Shown: positions 28,490 to 36,643, counted from the stretch's first letter. The stretch: DNA of 64,000 nt from Candidatus Omnitrophota bacterium (GCA_042577285.1 JBHPDM010000003.1:825-64824); one strand, 5' to 3'. Program-made: numbers and translations. The notes: a model not told the origin generated them from the letters alone.

Positions 28490-28501
28490 GGGGCAAGGAC
28501 A

Positions 28502-28882
28502 ATGTCTAGATATGAAGGGCTGCAGAAGGGGATCCGTAATTTAAAGACGCCTAAGATCGAAGTCTGGAAGAATCAATATCCGGATAAAGAGTATTATATC
28601 GACCTGGAGGTCCCGGAGTTTACCTGTATTTGCCCCAAGACCGGCTTACCTGATTTTGCGACGATCAGGATCGAGTATTCTCCGGATAAGTTTTGCCTGG
28701 AGCTTAAGTCTTTTAAATTGTATACTATCTTCTACCGCAACTTAGGGATATTCCATGAACACGCAGTAAACCGGATTCTGGAGGATCTCGTCAGGGCCTG
28801 TAAGCCGCGCCGGATGAAGATTACGGCAGTTTTTAATCCCCGCGGAGGCATAAAGACCACAGTCACAAGGGAGTATAAATAA
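28502..28882 (+). CDS. queF: NADPH-dependent 7-cyano-7-deazaguanine reductase (unimodular type)
   Basis: EFTCICPKTGLPDF catalytic-Cys motif and an E(S/L)KS.K.Y pattern (LELKSFKLY). Confidence 0.92.
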   Translation: MSRYEGLQKGIRNLKTPKIEVWKNQYPDKEYYIDLEVPEFTCICPKTGLPDFATIRIEYSPDKFCLELKSFKLYTIFYRNLGIFHEHAVNRILEDLVRACKPRRMKITAVFNPRGGIKTTVTREYK

Positions 28883-28885
28883 AAG

Positions 28886-29728
28886 ATGAGGACAATACCG
28901 GCTAAAAAGATCGTGGACGCTGTAAAAGAGTTGTCTATTCAAGCGAATACGCTTTTGCGGAGAGATCTCCTTACGGCGTTGAAAGTCGCTTATACCTGCG
29001 AGAGGAATAAGCGGGCAAAGACAGTGTTGCGGATGATCATTAAGAATGCCCGGATCGCTAAAAACGAAAGATTAGCTATTTGTCAGGATACCGGCCTGCC
29101 ATGTGTTTTTCTGGAAGTCGGCCAAGGATTGAGGATCTTAGGAGATTTGAAGTCAGCTGTAAATAAAGGAGTGGAGTCAGGATACAAAAAGGGATACTTC
29201 AGGAGTTCAGTGGTTAAGGATCCGCTGGCCAGGTCAAGATCGGGGTATTCGCCGGCAGTGATCCATACGGATCTAGTCAAGGGAAATAAGTTAAAGATTA
29301 CTTTTTTACCTCAAGGGTTCGGTTGCGAGAATAAAGCGAGGCTAAAGATGTTTAATCCCACGGCTTCTTCGACGGAGATAAAGAAATTCATCGTTGAGGC
29401 AGTGAGATCCGCCGGCTCAGACGCCTGTCCTCCTTATGTCATCGGCGTAGGGATCGGAGGAACAGCGGACTACGCGTGTTTCCTTGCGAAAAAAGCGCTT
29501 TTGCATAAAGTGAAGGGTCGCCGCTATAAATCTACAAATAAAGTTTCTAAATTGGGAGAGGAATTACTGCGCCAGATAAATAAGCTGCGCATCGGACCTA
29601 TGGGGTTAGGCGGCAGGAATACTTGTTTGGGTGTAAATATTGAAACTCATCCTACGCACATCGCGGGTCTTCCGGTAGCGGTCAATATTAGCTGCCACGC
29701 CTTAAGAAGCGCATCGAGGGTCATTTAA
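28886..29728 (+). CDS. Fe-S type hydro-lyase, tartrate/fumarate subfamily, alpha subunit
   Basis: CQDTGLP motif and GVGIGGT pattern of class I fumarase / L-tartrate dehydratase alpha chains. Confidence 0.85.
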   Translation: MRTIPAKKIVDAVKELSIQANTLLRRDLLTALKVAYTCERNKRAKTVLRMIIKNARIAKNERLAICQDTGLPCVFLEVGQGLRILGDLKSAVNKGVESGYKKGYFRSSVVKDPLARSRSGYSPAVIHTDLVKGNKLKITFLPQGFGCENKARLKMFNPTASSTEIKKFIVEAVRSAGSDACPPYVIGVGIGGTADYACFLAKKALLHKVKGRRYKSTNKVSKLGEELLRQINKLRIGPMGLGGRNTCLGVNIETHPTHIAGLPVAVNISCHALRSASRVI

Positions 29729-29732
29729 AGCG

Positions 29733-30275
29733 ATGAAGAGAATAGTTGCGCCTTTAGGGCAGGATCTAAGTAAACTAAAGGCAGGAGAGATAGTTTGTTT
29801 AAGCGGATTGATCTATACTGCCCGCGACCAGGCCCACCAAAGATTAACCGAGGCGCTCAAAAAGGGCAGAAAGCTTCCCGTTAATCTAAGGGGTCAGGTG
29901 ATCTATTACTGCGGCCCGACAGCAAGGCCTCGCGGAAAAGTCATCGGCGCTTGCGGGCCGACCACAGCATCACGTATGGATGATTTTACCCCTGCGTTGC
30001 TTAAGGCCGGCTTAAAAGGCATGATCGGAAAAGGCAGGCGTTGCCGGGAAGTGGCCCGGGCAATAAAGAAATATAAGGCGGTATATTTTCTTACCTATGC
30101 CGGCTGCGGAGCGCTTTTAGCCGGATACATAAAGAAGGCAAAGCCGGTAGCCTACAGGGGGCTGGGGCCGGAAGCGATCCATAGATTAAGGGTCAAAGAT
30201 CTGCCTCTGATCGTCGGTATTGACGCAGAGGGAAGGAGTATATATGCAAAGAAGCGACGGGCGCGCTCCCGATAA
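29733..30275 (+). CDS. Fe-S type hydro-lyase, tartrate/fumarate subfamily, beta subunit
   Basis: [20 protein letters not shown] and IGKG motifs. It lies adjacent to the alpha subunit. Confidence 0.85.
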   Translation: MKRIVAPLGQDLSKLKAGEIVCLSGLIYTARDQAHQRLTEALKKGRKLPVNLRGQVIYYCGPTARPRGKVIGACGPTTASRMDDFTPALLKAGLKGMIGKGRRCREVARAIKKYKAVYFLTYAGCGALLAGYIKKAKPVAYRGLGPEAIHRLRVKDLPLIVGIDAEGRSIYAKKRRARSR

Positions 30276-30957
30276 GATAAGAAGTGTCAAGATCACGCGT
30301 GATTTCATGAAGTATGCAGAGGGCTCCTGCCTGATAGAATTAGGAAATACGCGGGTGATCTGTACAGCTTCGGTTGAAGAATCCGTGCCGCCGTTTCTAG
30401 AGGGTAGCGGCAGCGGTTGGGTGACCGCAGAGTACGGAATGCTGCCGCGATCATGCCAGAAACGGATCCGGCGCAAAAAGGATTCCGGACGTACCTATGA
30501 GATCCAGCGCCTGCTGGGCCGTTCTCTACGGGCAGTATGCCAGATGCGCAAGCTCGGGGAGCGCACAATATTTATCGATTGCGATGTGATCCAGGCTGAC
30601 GGCGGAACGCGCACCGCATCGATTACGGGAAGCTTTATCGCCCTGGCCGATGCCCTGGCTAAATTGAAGAATGACGGTGCGATCGATAAGATCCCGCTTA
30701 ATGATTATGTGGCGGCTACCAGCGTAGGGATAGTTAAGGATGAGATGCTTCTGGATTTAGCTTATGAAGAGGATTCCCAGGCAGACGTAGATATGAATAT
30801 CGTCATGACCGGCAGCGGGGAGTTTATAGAGATACAGGGGACTGCCGAAAGAAAGCCCTTCAATGAGGAGCAGATGAATAAACTGTTGAGTCTGGCCGCA
30901 CGGGGGATCAGGGAGCTGATCGATATCCAGAAGAAAGCCAGCAAAAGTATTTCATGA
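30244..30957 (+). CDS. rph: Ribonuclease PH
   Basis: RSDGR...[14 protein letters not shown] and [14 protein letters not shown] motifs. The start is set at ATG 30244. Confidence 0.95.
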   Translation: MQRSDGRAPDKIRSVKITRDFMKYAEGSCLIELGNTRVICTASVEESVPPFLEGSGSGWVTAEYGMLPRSCQKRIRRKKDSGRTYEIQRLLGRSLRAVCQMRKLGERTIFIDCDVIQADGGTRTASITGSFIALADALAKLKNDGAIDKIPLNDYVAATSVGIVKDEMLLDLAYEEDSQADVDMNIVMTGSGEFIEIQGTAERKPFNEEQMNKLLSLAARGIRELIDIQKKASKSIS

Positions 30958-31559
30958 AGAAGGAATTGTTTGTTGCGACTAAAAACAGGAAGAAGTTGAA
31001 AGAGGTCAGGGAGATCTTAAAGGGCGTTGATTGCAGGATAACCTCGTTTGCCGATTACCGGCATCCCTTACGTATCGTCGAGAATGGCAGGACTTTTAAG
31101 GAGAACGCCGTAAAGAAAGCGGTGAAGGCAGCGCGTTTTACAAAAAAATTCACCATGGGGGAGGATTCCGGGCTCTGCGTTGACCTGTTAAAGGGCAAGC
31201 CGGGGATCTACTCTTCAAGGTTCGCAGGTAAAGATAAGAGTGACCGCAATAACAACCTGAAACTCCTGCGTCTTTTGGAGGGAGTTCCTTTAAGGAAGAG
31301 GAGTGCGCATTATATCTCTGCCGTGGCTTTGGCAGACAGGCATGGCCTTTTGGGGGTGGTGGAGGGCAGGTGCAGCGGCATAATCGGTTTTGAATCGAAG
31401 GGTACGCACGGATTCGGCTATGACCCCTTATTTGTCATACCGAAATATAAGAAGACATTCGGGCAGCTTAGCGAGCGGATAAAGCACGGGATGAGCCACC
31501 GTTACCGCGCCTTAAAGAAAGCAAAAGGGATGATCCAAAAATATATTGAGCATTCGTAA
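30954..31559 (+). CDS. rdgB: dITP/XTP pyrophosphatase (non-canonical purine NTPase)
   Basis: ATKN..K..E, EDSGL.VD.L.G.PGIYS.RF and GFGYDP.F motifs. It follows rph as usual. Confidence 0.92.
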   Translation: MKKELFVATKNRKKLKEVREILKGVDCRITSFADYRHPLRIVENGRTFKENAVKKAVKAARFTKKFTMGEDSGLCVDLLKGKPGIYSSRFAGKDKSDRNNNLKLLRLLEGVPLRKRSAHYISAVALADRHGLLGVVEGRCSGIIGFESKGTHGFGYDPLFVIPKYKKTFGQLSERIKHGMSHRYRALKKAKGMIQKYIEHS

Positions 31560-31573
31560 AGCGGTTGTATAAT
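31546..31573 (+). promoter_or_regulatory. Sigma-70-type promoter for the tRNA-Pro/tRNA-Arg pair
   Basis: TTGAGC, a 16-nt spacer, then TATAAT. It ends 18 nt before tRNA-Pro. Confidence 0.45.
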
Positions 31574-31591
31574 TAATTGATAGGTGAATTT

Positions 31592-31666
31592 CGGGAAGTG
31601 GCTCAGCTTGGCTAGAGCGCTTGCTTTGGGAGCAAGAGGCCGGCGGTTCAAATCCGCCCTTCCCGA
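31592..31666 (+). tRNA. tRNA-Pro (anticodon TGG)
   Basis: CGGGAAG acceptor, anticodon arm CTTGC-TTTGGGA-GCAAG, T arm GGCGG-TTCAAAT-CCGCC, and 3' CTTCCCG-A. CCA is not encoded. Confidence 0.9.
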
Positions 31667-31680
31667 CTTGGATTTAAGAT

Positions 31681-31757
31681 GTCCCTGTAGCTCAGTTGGA
31701 TAGAGCATCTGCCTTCTAAGCAGAGGGTCGCGTGTTCGACTCACGCCAGGGACACCA
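31681..31757 (+). tRNA. tRNA-Arg (anticodon TCT), CCA encoded
   Basis: GTCCCTG acceptor, anticodon arm TCTGC-CTTCTAA-GCAGA, T arm with TTCGACT loop, and 3' CAGGGAC-A-CCA. Confidence 0.9.
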
Positions 31758-31764
31758 GATTATT

Positions 31765-32943
31765 ATGAAAGAATTTAAAAAATACCTGATTACGGCCTGT
31801 ATCATCGTCGCGGCTCTTTACGGAGCTTTATATTTGTCAATACTCTTTCTTGGCAAGACGATCCTGATCAGCCGGCTTAAGGAGTTGACAAAGAAAGATG
31901 TAAGTATCGGGCATTTTGTCCTCAGGCCGCCCTTTAATATCTACCTGGAGAAATTAGATATTAAAGATCTGGCCAGGGCAGATTCGATATCAATTTCACC
32001 AAGCGCAATAGGGTTTTTGACAGGCAATATAGTTTTTAATTCCATTACGGTTAAGAACCCGGAAGTTGTTTATGAGAGGGCAATGGCCGGGAGAGCGCAA
32101 TCATCTGCTGCTGTTTCGTCAGTGGCAACCGGCGCAGGCAAAGAAAAATCACGCTTACGCCTATTCTTGAAGCGCGCGAGGATCGAGAACGGCAAAGTGA
32201 TATTCATCGATCATTCGACAGGGGAAAAGGGGATCAAGTTGATCGTGGAGGAGATAGATTTTCGCCTTGATAATCTCGGCCTTTTGCCCCGCTCTATGCG
32301 TACTAATTTCAAGTTGCAGGGGCGCGTGCCCTGGCAGAGGGATGGATATAAGGGGAAAATTACAGCCGAGGGTTGGTTTAATATCTTTAAGAAAGATATG
32401 CAGGCAGCCTTAAAATTCGAAGATATCGACGGGGTCTATCTCTATCCTTACTATTCGCAATGGGTGGATTTGGATAAGGCGCGCATCGAGAGTGCGAAGC
32501 TTCAATTTACCAGCGATATCGAAGCGGTGGATAATGATCTGACTGCCAAATGCCGCGTTGAGCTGACAGATATCGTACGCCGGCAGCGACTCGTCGATGA
32601 AGAGCCGGGAAAAGAAGAAAAGATCGCTGACGCGGTGCTGGATGTATTCCGGATCCTTAATCAGGGAGGGGTAGTCTTTAATTTTACGATCAGGACCAAG
32701 ATGAACAGTCCGCAGTTTAGCGCAGGCGATATCAAGGAAGCATTTGATGAAAAAGTCGCTCTGGCAAAAGCAAAGAAGAGGTCTGAATTTAAGGTGGAGA
32801 ATGTCTTCGCCTTCCCCGTGAGGTTCCTGGAGGGGTTGGCAGAGGGGGCGCTTGAACTATCCCGGGCGGCTGTAGACGGGACCTACGCCCTGGGCAAGGA
32901 ATTAAAGGACTCGGTAGAGATCGCTTTTACTAAAGAAGAGTAG
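31765..32943 (+). CDS. Membrane-anchored hypothetical protein (DUF748/AsmA-like by composition)
   Basis: An N-terminal TM helix (YLITACIIVAALYGALYLSILFL) followed by a beta-rich repetitive body. The family assignment is from memory only. Confidence 0.4.
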   Translation: MKEFKKYLITACIIVAALYGALYLSILFLGKTILISRLKELTKKDVSIGHFVLRPPFNIYLEKLDIKDLARADSISISPSAIGFLTGNIVFNSITVKNPEVVYERAMAGRAQSSAAVSSVATGAGKEKSRLRLFLKRARIENGKVIFIDHSTGEKGIKLIVEEIDFRLDNLGLLPRSMRTNFKLQGRVPWQRDGYKGKITAEGWFNIFKKDMQAALKFEDIDGVYLYPYYSQWVDLDKARIESAKLQFTSDIEAVDNDLTAKCRVELTDIVRRQRLVDEEPGKEEKIADAVLDVFRILNQGGVVFNFTIRTKMNSPQFSAGDIKEAFDEKVALAKAKKRSEFKVENVFAFPVRFLEGLAEGALELSRAAVDGTYALGKELKDSVEIAFTKEE

Positions 32944-32959
32944 CAGTAAATTGGTTCTT

Positions 32960-33037
32960 GGTGGCTGTAGCTCAATTGGTTAGAGCATTAGACTGTGGCT
33001 CTAAAGGTTGCGGGTTCGATCCCCGTCAGCCACCCCA
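32960..33037 (+). tRNA. tRNA-His (anticodon GTG) with encoded G-1 and CCA
   Basis: G-GTGGCTG acceptor, anticodon arm TTAGA-CTGTGGC-TCTAA, T arm GCGGG-TTCGATC-CCCGT, and 3' CAGCCAC-C-CCA. Confidence 0.9.
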
Positions 33038-33147
33038 AATTTTGTCTCGATTTACTCCGGATTAACACTACCGGTATTCAAATAGCAGCCCCTTGGTAGA
33101 AAAATCCAAAAAAACCTTTTTTCTGACTAATAGCAAGCGAGGCCAGC

Positions 33148-34590
33148 ATTAAATATAAACACGCCTTATTCCTCAATCCCTATATCGAGCGAAGCGCTAC
33201 AAACACGATGTTGCTTTTCCCGCCTACCGGCCTTGAGTATGTGGCTACGAGCGCCAAAGACTTCGTTGATACAATCACGCTCTTAGATTTACGCTATGAT
33301 AAGGATTTTACCGATATAGATAAACTCCTGGAGTTTATATCCAGCTCGATTGATATTATCTGTGTCGGTATCGGCTGGGACCGGCACCTTGAAGAGATCT
33401 GTCAACTGCTTAACCGCATGCCGGATAAGATACCTTTGGTCGTAGGCGGTTATACAGCCACTGAAAAAGTAGAAGAACTTTTTAAAACATGCCCTAGCAT
33501 AGATATTATAGTCAGGGGCGAAGGGGAAGAAACAATACAGGAGATATTAAGAGGCAGGGCGCTTCAGGAGATCCTTGGTATTTCTTACCGGCAAGGCGGC
33601 CGGGTAGTGCACAACCTAAACCGCCCTCTTCCTGATGTCGATAGCCTTGCGGTGCCTGACCGCAGCCTCAGGCGCAACAAATATATTATGTCGGTAAACG
33701 GTATACGCGTAGGGAATTTGACCTTTGATTCAGTATTAAGCGCGCGCGGCTGCCCCTTTGACTGTAAATTCTGCACATTCAGCCTGAATCCCCTGGGCCA
33801 GAAAAGAAAATATTCCGCGCGCAGCGTAGGCTCCGTAGTCGATGAGATCCAGGGCCTGGAAGCAGAGGTGGTACTTTTTAGTGATGATAACTTCTGTGTC
33901 GATCCGCAAAGGGCAGAGGAGATCTGCGATTTGATCATCGAGCGCAAAATTAGAAAGCGTTTCATTGCCCAGGCACGTATTGAAATTGCCAGGCATCCGA
34001 GGCTCTTGGAGAAAATGGTCAAAGCTGGGTTCAAGGCCCTCTTGCTCGGGATAGAATCTCCCCACGACCGGATACTGGCGCAGCTTAATAAAGGCTTTAA
34101 TCAAGAAGCGATAAGAAAGTATTTTGCAGTCCTGCGCAAATACCCTATTTTTTACAGCGGTTACTTTATTTATGGGAATATCGGAGAAACTGAAAAAGAG
34201 ATGCTCTATATCCCGAAATTTGCCAAGGAGATCGGGGTTGATGTTATTGCCTGCAATAAACTGAGGATTGAAAAGTTTTCGCCTTTAAAAGAGCTCGCGC
34301 AAAAAACGCCGGGTTATCATGTTACCGCAAGAGGAGAGCTGTATTCCGATATGTATAGCCATGCCGCCCTAAAAAAAATCGGCAGAAAAATCAGATTTTC
34401 TTTTTATACCCCTTCCCGGTATCTGAAAATACTCTGGAAGAATATTTTTGTAACAAAGTTCATAACTTTTAGCGAAATACTGCCTCTATTTCTTGGTTTG
34501 CCTCGTATCATTGCAGGCGTCGTTGCCAGGGAAAAACAAACAGGCAGGCTCAAAGATTCCCTGAAACGCACTTTTATCAGAAACGTATGA
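33148..34590 (+). CDS. B12-binding-domain radical SAM protein (start codon non-canonical or uncertain)
   Basis: Radical SAM cluster CPFDCKFCTF and a B12-binding-like N-domain. The first ATG is at 33208. The conserved-looking N-terminus (KHALFLNPY..FPPTGLEYVA) is in frame upstream of it, where only ATT (33148) and ATA (33130) are available as starts. Confidence 0.75.
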   Translation: MKYKHALFLNPYIERSATNTMLLFPPTGLEYVATSAKDFVDTITLLDLRYDKDFTDIDKLLEFISSSIDIICVGIGWDRHLEEICQLLNRMPDKIPLVVGGYTATEKVEELFKTCPSIDIIVRGEGEETIQEILRGRALQEILGISYRQGGRVVHNLNRPLPDVDSLAVPDRSLRRNKYIMSVNGIRVGNLTFDSVLSARGCPFDCKFCTFSLNPLGQKRKYSARSVGSVVDEIQGLEAEVVLFSDDNFCVDPQRAEEICDLIIERKIRKRFIAQARIEIARHPRLLEKMVKAGFKALLLGIESPHDRILAQLNKGFNQEAIRKYFAVLRKYPIFYSGYFIYGNIGETEKEMLYIPKFAKEIGVDVIACNKLRIEKFSPLKELAQKTPGYHVTARGELYSDMYSHAALKKIGRKIRFSFYTPSRYLKILWKNIFVTKFITFSEILPLFLGLPRIIAGVVAREKQTGRLKDSLKRTFIRNV

Positions 34591-34641
34591 CGGAATTTAA
34601 GAGAGGGAACCATCTTTCGGCGCGGAAGAACCTCTCTAAAG

Positions 34642-34708
34642 TCCGAATTTTCTTGATAACCGCTAGATTCAGCCCTATAATACATATCTGTAAATAGCGA
34701 GAGGTTTC
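34642..34708 (+). promoter_or_regulatory. 67-bp promoter/leader cassette, copy A (TTGATA-17-TATAAT)
   Basis: 63 of 67 positions are identical to 36644..36710. -35 TTGATA at 34652..34657 and -10 TATAAT at 34675..34680. Confidence 0.6.
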
Positions 34709-34751
34709 CCGGTGCGTCGCCATTAAGGATTGACTAAAATAAAAGGAGGAT

Positions 34752-34910
34752 ATGTTGGCAAGGGAAAATTATTCATATAATAAGCGTCAGAAAGAATTAG
34801 CCAGGAAAAAGAAGGCAGAGGAGAAGATTCGAAGAAAGCTGGAGAGAAAAGCGATGAAGGCCGCGCTTGAGTCTGGGAAGGTCCCCGGTGACCTGCCTGC
34901 CATAGAATAA
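34752..34910 (+). CDS. Unlisted sORF: 52-aa Lys/Arg/Glu-rich small protein
   Basis: AAGGAGGA SD 4 nt before the ATG. Translation: MLARENYSYNKRQKELARKKKAEEKIRRKLERKAMKAALESGKVPGDLPAIE. It is driven by cassette A. Confidence 0.6.
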   Translation: MLARENYSYNKRQKELARKKKAEEKIRRKLERKAMKAALESGKVPGDLPAIE

Positions 34911-34918
34911 AGAAATAC

Positions 34919-34946
34919 TTGCAATTTTTTTTAAAGGCCATATAAT
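34919..34946 (+). promoter_or_regulatory. Sigma-70-type promoter for the CxxC-x17-CxxC sORF
   Basis: TTGCAA, a 16-nt spacer, then TATAAT. Confidence 0.5.
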
Positions 34947-35027
34947 CATAACGTAGGATCAAGGCTTTAGTAGAAACACGCGGCACATCGGATTGGCCGG
35001 TGTGCACTTACTGTGCAAGGAGGAAAA

Positions 35028-35192
35028 ATGGGATACGAGGGTGGTGGTGGCGGATTCGGCGGGCCACGGGAGATGCACAAGGCAGTTTGTTCGGAGTGTA
35101 AGAAGGAGTGCGAAGTCCCGTTTAAACCCAGAAATGATCGTCCGATATACTGCAAGGATTGTTATTCAAAGCGCAAGAACGAAGGCCGTTAA
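35028..35192 (+). CDS. Unlisted sORF: 54-aa Gly-rich protein with a CxxC-x17-CxxC zinc-ribbon-like domain
   Basis: AAGGAGG SD. Translation: MGYEGGGGGFGGPREMHKAVCSECKKECEVPFKPRNDRPIYCKDCYSKRKNEGR. The hand-counted spacing is exactly CxxC-17-CxxC. Confidence 0.75.
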   Translation: MGYEGGGGGFGGPREMHKAVCSECKKECEVPFKPRNDRPIYCKDCYSKRKNEGR

Positions 35193-35237
35193 CTGCAGCA
35201 GGGCGGTAAAATAAATACAGTTTTAGCGTAGAAGCCT

Positions 35238-35277
35238 AAACCGCAAGGGTACGATATTCGGCCTTGCGGTTTTTGTT
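35238..35277 (+). terminator. Intrinsic terminator
   Basis: AAACCGCAAGG..(13 nt)..CCTTGCGGTTT followed by TTTGTTT. Confidence 0.7.
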
Positions 35278-35363
35278 TATCATTTCATAAGCGCAGGGCC
35301 TAAGGTGCCGGAAAATCAGTCAGCTGCTGTGAGCTTATAGCGGGTAAAAAAGGAGGGATTAAA

Positions 35364-35501
35364 ATGAATAGTTGCATGAGGTGCCAAGAGAAGTTATCAC
35401 ATAATTATTTGGTAGCAATATTTACGCTTATAAATGAAAAAAGAAAAAGATTAATAGTGTGTTCAAAATGTAAAGAAATTCTGAATAAAAAGGGGAAGTA
35501 A
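35364..35501 (+). CDS. Unlisted sORF: 45-aa CxxC...CxxC zinc-ribbon-like small protein
   Basis: AAAGGAGGG SD. Translation: MNSCMRCQEKLSHNYLVAIFTLINEKRKRLIVCSKCKEILNKKGK. Its stop lies 9 nt before the next gene. Confidence 0.5.
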   Translation: MNSCMRCQEKLSHNYLVAIFTLINEKRKRLIVCSKCKEILNKKGK

Positions 35502-35510
35502 GGGGGCAGA

Positions 35511-35864
35511 ATGAAGACGATTAATTGCTCGAAATGCAGACAGCAAAAATCTTGTTGTGATTTTGGGGTATGGGTAGATCTGGAAGAAGCCAAGAAAATA
35601 TTATCCCTGGGATTAAAAGGAGATTTCTGTCATCTTGAGGAGGATAAAAGCTTTCCTTCCGGATATAAAGTCGCAACCAGCCCGGAAGATGATCGCTGTT
35701 CTTTCCTTACTCCGGAAGGGCTGTGCGCTATTCACAAAGTCGATTATAATTTAAAACCGGCCCACTGTAGGGAATTCCCGTACGAAAACGGAAGATTATC
35801 CCCGTTTGCAGATTTATTATGTGCGGTGGTTAAATCAAAAAGAAAAAGAAAGAAAAACCGGTAG
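35511..35864 (+). CDS. YkgJ-family cysteine-cluster protein (CxxCxxxxxCC zinc/iron-chelating domain)
   Basis: N-terminal CSKCRQQKSCC motif, further conserved Cys residues (RCSFL, GLCAIH, HCREFP) and a basic tail (KSKRKRKKNR). Confidence 0.7.
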   Translation: MKTINCSKCRQQKSCCDFGVWVDLEEAKKILSLGLKGDFCHLEEDKSFPSGYKVATSPEDDRCSFLTPEGLCAIHKVDYNLKPAHCREFPYENGRLSPFADLLCAVVKSKRKRKKNR

Positions 35865-35870
35865 ATTAAG

Positions 35871-36632
35871 ATGAATATTTTTGTGGGTAATTTGTCGTTT
35901 GACGCCAATGAGAGCGATCTAAATAAGCTCTTTGAGGGTTTCGGGAATGTCGCTTCCGCAATGATCGTGACGCGGAAGGAAAAAAAGGTGCCTAAGTCAA
36001 GAGGGTTTGGTTTTGTCCAGATGCCTGACCAACAGCAGGCGCTCGCTGCGATAGCCGCTCTGTCCGGAAAGGAGTTTATGGGCCGGCCTCTTGATGTTCA
36101 GGCGGCGCGCACTAAGCCTAAAGCAGGCCCGGAGGGTGGAAAAAGAAGGAAGATGCGGCCAGAGATTAATATAGAAGGCCAGCACTATCTCCGTGAAGAG
36201 AAGGATCATAAAACAGGAGGATATAAGGATGGCAGACGCTCGCGTAGCTTTATGATGCGGCGTGCTGCAGCCGGCATCGTAGAAAAGACTGGCCTTAAGC
36301 GGAAAAGCAAAGAGAATCCTATGCGTTGGCGGAAAAAACGAGGGCCGCCTAAGCCTTGGCAGAAGAGTCAGGGGAAGTTTAAGCCCTGGAGGAAGGCCGA
36401 TGACGAATCAAGGCCTTGGAAAAAAACCGCGGGAGGATCCAGTCCTTGGAAAAAAGCTGCAAGAGATTCCGGTCCCCGGAAGAAATCCGGGGGTGAGCCT
36501 AAGCCTTGGCGTAAATCCGATGGGAGTATCAAGCCTTGGAAGAAACCATCGAAAGATGCCAAGCCTTGGAGAAAGAGTAATGGGCGCCCGCAAAAATACC
36601 GCAAAAAACGGACAAATTACGCGAGAAAATGA
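35871..36632 (+). CDS. RRM-domain RNA-binding protein with a long basic (K/R)PW(K/R)K repeat tail
   Basis: RNP2 IFVGNL and RNP1 RGFGFVQM within the first ~85 aa. About 10 PW(K/R)K-type repeats follow. Confidence 0.85.
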   Translation: MNIFVGNLSFDANESDLNKLFEGFGNVASAMIVTRKEKKVPKSRGFGFVQMPDQQQALAAIAALSGKEFMGRPLDVQAARTKPKAGPEGGKRRKMRPEINIEGQHYLREEKDHKTGGYKDGRRSRSFMMRRAAAGIVEKTGLKRKSKENPMRWRKKRGPPKPWQKSQGKFKPWRKADDESRPWKKTAGGSSPWKKAARDSGPRKKSGGEPKPWRKSDGSIKPWKKPSKDAKPWRKSNGRPQKYRKKRTNYARK

Positions 36633-36643
36633 CCTTCCTAATC

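Noticed and set aside
31502-31744. 80-aa minus-strand ORF spanning the rdgB end and two tRNA genes.
   Set aside because: It is composed of the reverse complement of tRNA-Pro and tRNA-Arg. It is an artefact of ORF calling.
34404-34685. Minus-strand ORFs 34404..34685 and 36408..36725 share MYY(R/K)AE(S/Y)SGYQENS.
   Set aside because: The shared peptide is the antisense translation of the duplicated 67-bp promoter cassette, so it is not evidence of a coding repeat.
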